Assembly (NCBI GenBank): GCA_030704615.1
Contig: CM060731.1
Coordinates: 91,760,001-91,824,000 of the forward strand
From: Takakia lepidozioides
Taxonomy: Eukaryota; Plantae; Bryophyta
DNA: 64,000 nucleotides
Direction of reading: 5' to 3'
Below, piece after piece: positions 55,547 to 64,000 of the stretch. Below the pieces are notes generated by a model. It made no database searches and was not told where the DNA came from. It worked only from the letters and a program-made list of their open reading frames with translations. Every line of letters begins with the position of its first letter. The stretch's first letter is position 1. The position numbers and the translations under genes are program-made.

Positions 55547-56273
55547 TGTTTAAAGAGCCGCTGGTCATATCTTTGTGGAAACTCGAAGATGACATTGCCA
55601 TCGACTTTGGGAGGCAGAAACGTTACCTTTCTGACTGGGAATTTGGCATAGTCGAGAGCAGCCAGCTCGGAGCGAGAACCATCGAGGTGATGTTGTCGTA
55701 GGAGCTGCACAATGGACCGGGTTGGAGTTATGCTCGAGGGCACATGCGCAGCACCTACAGAGACGTCCATGCCAGATTTGAACGACCGTGTGGAGGACAT
55801 GGGTACCTCAATGCAATCATCTTCCTCGTCGGAAATGTCGAATACGTCCACACGAGAAGCTATGGAGGGTCTTGACGGTCCAAGTCGGGAATGATTATCG
55901 TTGCACACCTCTCTGTTGGCAGTGGCCGCCTGTCGGTTTCCGGACTCCTTTGTGGATGGTGTGGGCAGCGACTGATTCGGAAAGGGAATGGGCATTCCCA
56001 CAGCTCGGTACAGGATGGTGTCTGATGGGGTACGTGCCATTCGATTCCGCAACCTCTGTCGTTACCTAGCACGACAATGGTCTCGTCAACCTGTCCAGGA
56101 ACATCCTTCCTTTCTTCTTCCAAATAAACTGTGCCCGGTTTGAGCTTGAATTTGGAACAAAGGTAAGTTTCAGTCACTCTGCAAAGTCCTCCCTCGTTTG
56201 GGATCCAGGCTCTCCCAAGTTGCGGAGGACAGCAAACTATAGAGTAGGAATTCGGAGCCATCGAAGACCGCAC
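55547..56273 (-). pseudogene. 5' part of the copy 2 GCM-MULE transposase
   Basis: KFKLKPGTVYLEEERKD, ILYRAVG, ELAALDYAKF..VIFEFP; collinear with the uninterrupted paralogue at 49332. Confidence 0.87.
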
Positions 56274-56677
56274 GAAGTTGGCAAGTGCGAGGTTCAGTAT
56301 AGCGACAGACCAAGGCTCACAGGCACCATGCGAAGTCCATCGACGATAGGAAGTCGCACATTGAAGTGGAAAGTATTATTTCAAGCTACATGCATGAAGT
56401 GGGAGGTGTGATTCCATAGCCAGTAAGTTAGACAATGATGGCCGATTCGGCGACGAAATAACATCTCCTGACAGTTTCTCCTGAGGGTGGATCCAGCAGT
56501 ATTCTCGGTGCAGACAGGAACGTTCGCACTGACAAGTGCCAGTACTGTTAGTTAAAACGGTCAGACAACCAAGTTGTGCTCATCAAGACTGGCCGCAATT
56601 GTGTTGTTTCGGAACAATGCAACCCATTCAGGTTCCATATTTCCCGTCCCGAGTGATTCTTTCGATTGCTGGTGGAC

Positions 56678-58260
56678 GGAAATACGGCGCCGCATTTCCG
56701 TATTGCATCTTGGTCATGCACCAGAGCGACGGAAATGCGGCACCGAGTTTCCGTCCGGGGGAAACCTTTATACTCTCCAGAACGGAAATGCGGTAACGCA
56801 TTTCCATCCAGCAAGCACGGTATGTGAAGGTGGAACGGAAATGCGGTACCGCATTTCCGTTCTGATTGAGAATTATGAACAAAGGGAACAGAAATGCGGC
56901 CCGCATTTCCGTCCGAGTCGCACTTTCTGACATTCCAGAACGGAAATGCGGCACCGCATATCCGCCCGGGTGAGACCTTAACACTCTCCAGAACGGAAAT
57001 GCGGTAACATATTTCCATCCAGAAAGCACGGTATGTGAAGGTGGAACGGAAATGCGGTACCGCATTTCCGTTCTGATTGAGAATTATGAACAACGGGAAC
57101 AGAAATGCGGCACCGCATTTCCGTCCGAGTCGCACTTTCCGACATTCCAGAACGGAAATGCGGCGCCGCATTTCCATTTTGTATCTGATGCATGGAGCCG
57201 AGTGCAATTCCGACCGCTTGAGACATTCATACTATCCAGAACGGAAATGCGGTGCCGCATTTCCGTTCTGACTGAAAATCGTGAACCATCGGAACTGAAA
57301 TGCGGCAGCGCATTTCCATCCGAGTCGCACCTCCCAACATTCCAGAATGCAAATGCGGCACCGCATTTCCGTTCTGATGAAAAATCGTGAAACATCGGAA
57401 CTGAAATGCGGTACCGCATTTCCGTCGGAGTCGCACCTTCCGACATTCCAAAATGGAAATGCGGCGCCGCATTACCGTTTTGTGTGTGAGGCATGGAGCT
57501 GTGGAACGAAAATACGGCACCGCATTTCCGCCAGGGTCAGACCTTAATACTCTACGAACGGAAATGCGGTACCGCACTTCCGTTCTGACTGAAAATCGTG
57601 AACAACGGGAACAGAATTCGGCTCCGCATTTCCGTCCGAGTCGCACCTTCCGACATTCTCGAACGGAAATGCGGCGCCGCATTTCCGTTTTGTATACCGA
57701 GGCCTGGAGCTGTGGGACGGAAATGTGGTGTCGCATTTCCATCCATGTGAGACCTTCAAACTTTCCAGACAGGAAACGCGGCACCGCATTTCTGTTCAGG
57801 TGAGACCTCTATACTTTCCCGAACGGAAATGTGGAACGGCATTTCCGTTCATCAACTGCGGTATGTGAAGGGGGAACGGAAATGCGGTACCGTATCTCGA
57901 TTCAGATTGAAAATCATGAACCACGGGAACTGAAATGTTGTGCCGCATTTCCGTCTGAATCGCACCTTTCGACATTCCTGAACGGAAATGCGGCGCCGCA
58001 TTTCCCTTTTGTATCTCATACATGGAGCTGTGGGACGGAAATGCGGCACCGTATTTCCGTTCAACAACTAAGGTATGTGAAGGTGGAACTGAAATGCGGT
58101 GCCGCATTTTCTTCCAACAAGTACGGATGTGTAGCTTCGTGATGGTACTTAACGGAAATGCGGCGCCGCATTCGCATTTTCACTCCAACTCATCAGACGC
58201 TGGGACGGAAATGCCTTGAAATGTGAACACGTGGAGCAACGGAATTGCGGCACATGTCTG
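56678..58260. repeat. array of about 30 palindromes GGAAATGCGG(CG/CA/TG/TA)CCGCATTTCC with 53-bp period
   Basis: Starts at 56678, 56731, 56784, 56837, 56890, 56942, 56995, 57048, 57101, 57154 ... 58037, 58090, 58154, 58207; a few spacer types recur in higher-order units. Confidence 0.96.
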
Positions 58261-58449
58261 CACTCTATCTGACTGAAGTGGCATGAGGCGGCGCGGCCTG
58301 ACCGTTGGATAATGATGTTTGTTTTTTGGACGGCAGGCGTACCCTGAACGATTCGAATTTCGTAATGACGCAAAGTCCACGAGGAGACACTTTCGTCCAA
58401 CCCTTTCGAACCCAAGTGGTGCATCACTGCCGTTTCATCTACTTTTGTC

Positions 58450-61400
58450 GTGTCTCCTCAGTCACCCTCTCGCGCCCTTTCCATCTGCACTCTTTGCCCC
58501 TTTTCCCTGTCTCTGTTCTTCTTATGCTCGAACCTGAGAGGGGGGATTTCGTGCACCATACAGGAGACCCTCGTCGCAAGCTCCGAAAATTATACTTCGG
58601 ACGTAGGCCAACGCCGAAGGGAGGAAGCAGATGCGTCTACAGGAGGAGATTGCCATCTCCGAGCAGCAGGCCACTCAGGCAACCCAGCCACCAGTGAGAG
58701 CTCCATGCGATCGGGCTGCGCGCAGCTGATCGAGCACCGAACCCCCCATTTTGCTTCTGTAATTCTTAGACTGAATGCTAGGAGACTTGAATGCAGAACA
58801 TGTTGCATGCCTAACAGGAAAGGTGGACGTGCTGGAGGGATCGCAGGAATCCGAAGAGCCGCAGGAAGAGTCCGAGGAGCTAGCTGCAGCACGTACACCC
58901 ACCCGATCCCCGAGCGCGGGCCTAGCCCTGTGCGTTTCAAAGACGCGGCTTCGAAGGGCAAGTTCAAAGCCCCAAAGATCAATTCGCGTTCTTCGGTCAT
59001 GGAGAATCGCCAGCAAGGGTCGCGCCCTTCTCCAACAAAGTCGAAGAAGAAGCAGCCCGTCCCTCTACTGGTTTCTGAACCGGCTCAGGCCGCTTCACCC
59101 CCACCAACGCGAATGAAGCAGCCTGGTAAAAGACAGATTCAATTGCAGCAGACACCTTCACCTGCAAGGATGAGGAAGCAGAAGGTAATCAGGGCAACGG
59201 CCGAACAATCTCCCGCAAAACCGCTTCCACGAGCTGAAGCTCAGTTCCTGGAGGATTTCCCGCCTGCATTGTTGGGGCCGACTCTGCTGCAGCGAAGGCA
59301 ATGGGATCGACCGTTTCTGTCGATTTGGTACCGGAGGAGGGTGTTGCCGCTCAACGTTCGCAGCAAGACCTCACCACCGATGAGCAAGCAGGCCCGGAGG
59401 AGGCCTCTGCAATGGCAGAATTGCCCGTACACAGGCCCCAGAGTGCAGCTCCAGTTGAGGATGCTCCAGCTGCTCAGCCACTACCGGCACCTACAGACAT
59501 GTCTCCGGAGGATTTCAAAAGTGCAGCTGATAAAATGTTGGAGGAGACACACAGTAGCATTGGCAGAGTTCTGGGCAGCAGGGTATTTCCAGCGAACTCT
59601 TCGAATCCACTCTGTCGCATGGTCTCCCTTCCCATCGTCAGGCAGGCCCTTCCCAGATGTGGATAAGCTCAAGTTCGCATTTCGAGAAAGGTACCGTCTG
59701 GGATCGGCAGCGTTTTACGTTTCCATTGAGAATGAGGACGGCGAAACTCGTGGACCCACTGCCGATGAATTGTCAACGTGGGATACCCACTGGCACACTC
59801 GCAACAACAAATTCGAGGCGACGCTGAAGGGTGATCCAGACTTTGGCCATATGTCGGGTAAAATGTTCTTTGTGTGGGACGGGAATCACCGACTTCTCGC
59901 CTGGTGGGAGTACATCAAGCAGAACCATGCCAAGCACATTGGCTGGCATTACATGGTGCGTGTGTCATCCTCAAGGTGAAGGCGGCAGACTCCTCCTTGC
60001 TCAAGAATGCCATGGCGGACCTCAACTCGTAAGATACTCATACCCTCCCAAGCACGTTCGAAATGCGGTGTCGCATTTCGGTTTCCAATCTGTTTTGTTT
60101 CCGTGCTTTCGTGGACTGAACTGGAGAGTGTGCCTTGCAGGGTAACTGAAAATGCGTACGTGCATACCCACATGGCACATATGTTGTACAGGGTGAGGAA
60201 AACTGGTCTCACTGATCCGCACATGTTCGCGGAAATGCTGGAGCCCGAGCTCATTCAGAAAGCCGTGGCAAAAACTGACCGGACATGGTATCGTCTCACT
60301 ATGGATGGAATGGTGGAGGTGATATACGAAGTAAGTCGTCCTCCAATTTCCCTCTGCTCATCCTTCAGATTGAAATTTCCAGTAATCTTTCCACATGAAT
60401 CGAATGTAACGCTTCTGCATGTTTTTGTTGGCAGTCAAACATCAAGCTGGATTTGGCCCATGCCAAACGCTTCTTCATGGAAAGTGAGGGGCAGGTGAAA
60501 ACGTTGCAGTCATTGACTGAGCACTTGAAGGAAGCGGTGTCAAGTCCAGAACCAAATACAAGTCAAAGCTTGTGAAGCTGGTGGCAATTGCAGATCCGGC
60601 ACTTGGAAATGACTTCATCCCCGAGATTACAAAACACTATTCTCGGGCCATGCAGCCGACCATGCAATTGGAGAAACTGCATCACCTCTCAACGGCATGT
60701 GTTGAGGCGAAAGAGAAGGTGAGGTTTCAATGCACTGAAGTTCCTTCCTAGCAATAGCCACTCTCTTCCAGCTCCTGACATTGGATCGGAAATGGCAGGC
60801 ACGGTGGCTGTCGATCTGGAATGCATCCGAGAGCATAAGGACAATGTGGTCTTTTCCACTGGAAGTTTCCGACCCTACAGTGGATGTGTGGCTCAACCGC
60901 ATGACTTGGTGGTTCCAGGTAATTCAAGGTACTTCCCCAGATTTGCTTTTCTGAAATGAATTCCCTGAACTGCTACGTGACAATGCATGTGGGAATCGCA
61001 GGTAATGTCGAATGCGAAGGAGCAAGTCGTAATGCACACAAATTCGTTCGGCTTGTATGTCAAATGGGATGGAACACAGACATTGGAAGACTACGTGACA
61101 TGTTTCAGATGTGCGTACAAGGACAACCTTTTTGCCAGAGAGCTACAGACAGCAAGAAGGAGCGTGGAGTTTACACATCAGGAGGGAGCGGGGAAAGCTG
61201 CAATGCGAATTGTTTACAGGTGAAGCACAGCTGCCCTTGTATGCGAAGCCTGGTTACGAGGTTTGTCTCGGAAATGCGGCACCTCATTCGCATTTTATGT
61301 TTTCGGTGGTACTCTGTGAGTAGGTTCGTCCAATCTTATGCTCACGCATGCTGACTGCCCTGCAGGTATATGAAATACGTGCTCCTTCAGACAGGGGCCC

Positions 61401-63694
61401 TGGCTCAAGAGCCCCGTTCTTCATGGCTTGGACCGTGGCGGGCCCAAGCTGTGTCTACACACCTGAGATGCAGAAACAATGGCATCCCGCGCATCTTGTT
61501 GGATGCCCCTGGTACCTGGATATGTCTGGCGGTATTGTTGACGAGTCTGAGAAAGATCTGCACGCCTTGGCAGAAGAGAAGAGAAAGGAAAGACGTGTCC
61601 CTGCTGGCCAAAGTCGGCAAAGGAAATCTGCTGCTCTGGAAGAATCCAGAAAGGCAGCTGAGATGGCACAAAAGACGGTGGATGCAGCTGTGCAGGCCCA
61701 ACAGAAGGGGTCGAAGAAGAGGACTCGCCAGCAAGGAGCAGCTGTTGTGACACCCGCCAAAACGAAGAAGCAGAAACAGCCTGTTCAGGAAGAGGGTGAG
61801 GAAGAGGACTCCGATGGAGACTTTGCAACCAGCCCCACCCCCCAAACGCAGGCTGCCTCCCCTGTGCCCACCGTTGTCATGAGAGGCACGAGAACTGGCT
61901 CGGCAAAGAAGGCACTCTTCAACCCCCAGGGGGGCACCCTTTCGAGCCGGTGGAAATGAAGAGGCCGAAAGTGGCTCCCGAAACAGTAGTCCAGTGTGTA
62001 AATGAGAGTTTCTTGGCGCTTTGGATGGACGGGCAGCCAAGTTGGCATACTGAAGACCATGGAGGGTCTGAAGGGCAGAGCACTGAAGAGGCGACTGTCG
62101 AAGAGCCTTCCGACACCCCAGGATTTCAGAATATGGTCTCGTTCTTTGAGAGGGTGTGTGCAGACAAGATTGTAGGAGGGGCGGAAATGCCACCGAGTGG
62201 TCTTGCGATATGATCATCTTGGATATTCCGGACGGAGAGCCTGTGGAAGGACTGTAAGCTTTGCCATCTTGGAACAGGTACTCGGAGGACTTTTGAAAGA
62301 AAGGATTCGGGCTTGCCCGCATGGTGTTGGACGACAGAGGCTGTGTGGTTGTCCTGGCGAGCAGAGGAAAAAACACTCAGACAGGAAATTGCGAAGTGGA
62401 CCCGCAAGAGCGCCGTCCCGATTCTGAAAAAGAAGTGGACGTGCATCAACACACTGGGCCTTCGGTCAGAAGGGAAGAAGGTGATTACGACACTGGCACT
62501 CGTCCATTCATTGCTTGGGTGTTTTCAAATGCGGTGCCACATTCGGTTTCTAATCGTTCCCCCCCTGTGTATGCAGACGAAGCAGCTCGATGCATACTGC
62601 TTTGTGAAGGAGAACTCCACCTTTGCTTTCCGGAAGGAGGGAGGAAAGGTTGACCCGAACTGCGACCCCCTCGATTACGACGTTCGTTCAACAACGTTCC
62701 CAAGGAACTTCTCCCTCATAGCCTCACTTCACGGAAACCCCTGCGGTACTCACGGACTCGACGCCCTGCCTTCATTCAGACAATTATGGAGACATGCACA
62801 ACGTGGAGGGCACAGTGCTCGACCTCATCTGTGGGACAGGTATGCAGAATCTTGATCTATGCTGTTCTGCAAATTCTCGTTAGGATGTAGTTCGCAACAT
62901 CTGAGCGCATGTGGTAATGTGTGGATGGCATTGTAACATGTGCCTCATGTGGGCTGGGCGGTTTTCCGACTGGCACCTCTTTGCCTACGAGGAGGATTCA
63001 TCCGTGTGGGATCCATCTGAAGGGCTGCAACGGAATGTTAAGGCTCCAACAGAGCGGAAGTCTCCTCGGATTCATCGGAGTCCGAGGAAGCACAGTGGAC
63101 ATTGATGCGGCGGAGAACCCGAATACGAGTGAGTGCAAACATTGTAAGTTTGCAAAGCCTTCTGGGTCATTTTGTCAAACGAATTTCTCGATTGTGGTTC
63201 TCATTAGTCTCGTTGATGATTGTCATGTGCAGGATTGCAGGGTCCGGGTCGAAACATGTAGGGCCTACACTTCCTGCAGGAAGAATGTCCCGTCTTTGCG
63301 AGGGCCGACTTCATGACGAGCCCGGTGAGGGACTACTCCCTTCCTAGTTATGCAGCTAAACTCGCAAATACAGCGATTAGAAGAAGTGAGAATCCCAGTA
63401 AATAGAGCAGATTTTGGAGAGGGCTAGGGGACAAAGGATAAGGAAAGAGTTGGCAATCACCTCAGACAGGTAGACGGGTACGAAAGTACATATGTGATTC
63501 AGCGGATGAGGAGCGGCAGGACGGGAGGAGAGCGACCCAACGGAGGTGAGATGGACAGTTCCGCAAGGGAAGATGGGATTTTCGAAAGCCTGGCCAACGA
63601 GCAGTCCGCTGGAGATGAGAAAGGCACTGAGGGGGTGGAGGCGGAGCAGGACAGTCTAGAACAGGATGAGGATTCGGATGATTTTCAAGATTAA
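58450..63694 (+). pseudogene. multi-exon cargo gene: low-complexity N-terminus, ParB/Srx-like domain, beta-class N4C/N6A DNA methyltransferase-like domain, acidic tail (frameshifts and stops as assembled)
   Basis: FFVWDGNHRLLAW (DGNHR 59878-59892); CDMIILDIPDG (DIPD 62222-62233); ARMVLDDRGCVVVL; RRPAFIQTIMETCT; EGTVLDLICGTG (VLDLICGTG 62815-62841); HLFAYEED (~62975-62997). Putative GT-AG introns; start and end approximate. Confidence 0.75.
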
Positions 63695-64000
63695 GAATTT
63701 TATAGTCTCTGTAAATTAAATTCTCTCCAGAGTATATAAAGGAAAATCTCCCCGACATTCGTGACCCCTCTCCAGTGTGCATTCCAGCCACACAATCGCC
63801 CAAACCACGACGCTCCCAAAATCAGAAATGGGCACCGCATTTCCAAAACAGGGGAGGGACTAAATTTTCCATTTCAATGTTGGCATAGTAAAAAGTAATC
63901 GGCCGATTGGAAATGCGGTGCCGCATTTCCAAAATTTCCTTTTGTCCACACGCCAGTTTTTGGCTTCTCCCGCTCATTGCATGGATGCCACCACGCTTAC

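Noticed and set aside
56678-58260. CRISPR array (palindromic repeat plus ~31-bp spacers; also 13542-17190)
   Set aside because: Spacers recur in higher-order units, repeats are degenerate, there are no cas genes, and the context is a eukaryotic transposon.
58450-63694. Bacterial contamination or a restriction-modification / parABS locus
   Set aside because: The gene appears spliced, lies within a TIR element present twice and is interleaved with plant retroelements; no REase or ParA is seen.

Overview
Eukaryotic DNA, most likely from a non-seed land plant (inferred from spliced genes and the retroelement types). It holds one apparently intact host gene, a 4-exon ENTH/epsin-like gene (586-2222, minus), followed by about 60 kb of nested transposons. 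The main finding is two copies of an unusual Mutator-like (MULE) DNA transposon family. Copy 1 (11621-19757) is internally deleted but has both TIRs and an 8-bp TSD. Copy 2 (28284 to beyond 64000) is fuller but carries nested insertions. The family has three parts. (i) A minus-strand transposase with a GCM-like Zn DNA-binding domain, a MULE DDE core and a SWIM finger. (ii) A divergently oriented, spliced plus-strand cargo gene with a ParB/Srx-like domain (DGNHR) and a beta-class N4C/N6A DNA amino-methyltransferase-like domain (DIPD ... VLDLICGTG). (iii) Between the two genes, an array of roughly 30-45 copies of the 22-bp palindrome GGAAATGCGGCGCCGCATTTCC. Its spacers vary in sequence, but the spacings cluster at multiples of about 10.6 bp (53, 64, 85, 95, 106, 127), and its half-site ATGCGG resembles the GCM binding consensus. 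Also present: a recent chromovirus Ty3/gypsy, CACTA, copia, L1, Harbinger-like and other MULE remnants, MITEs and captured host-gene fragments (MDAR, RbgA-like GTPase). All domain calls come from motif recognition by eye and coordinates were counted by hand; no searches were run.
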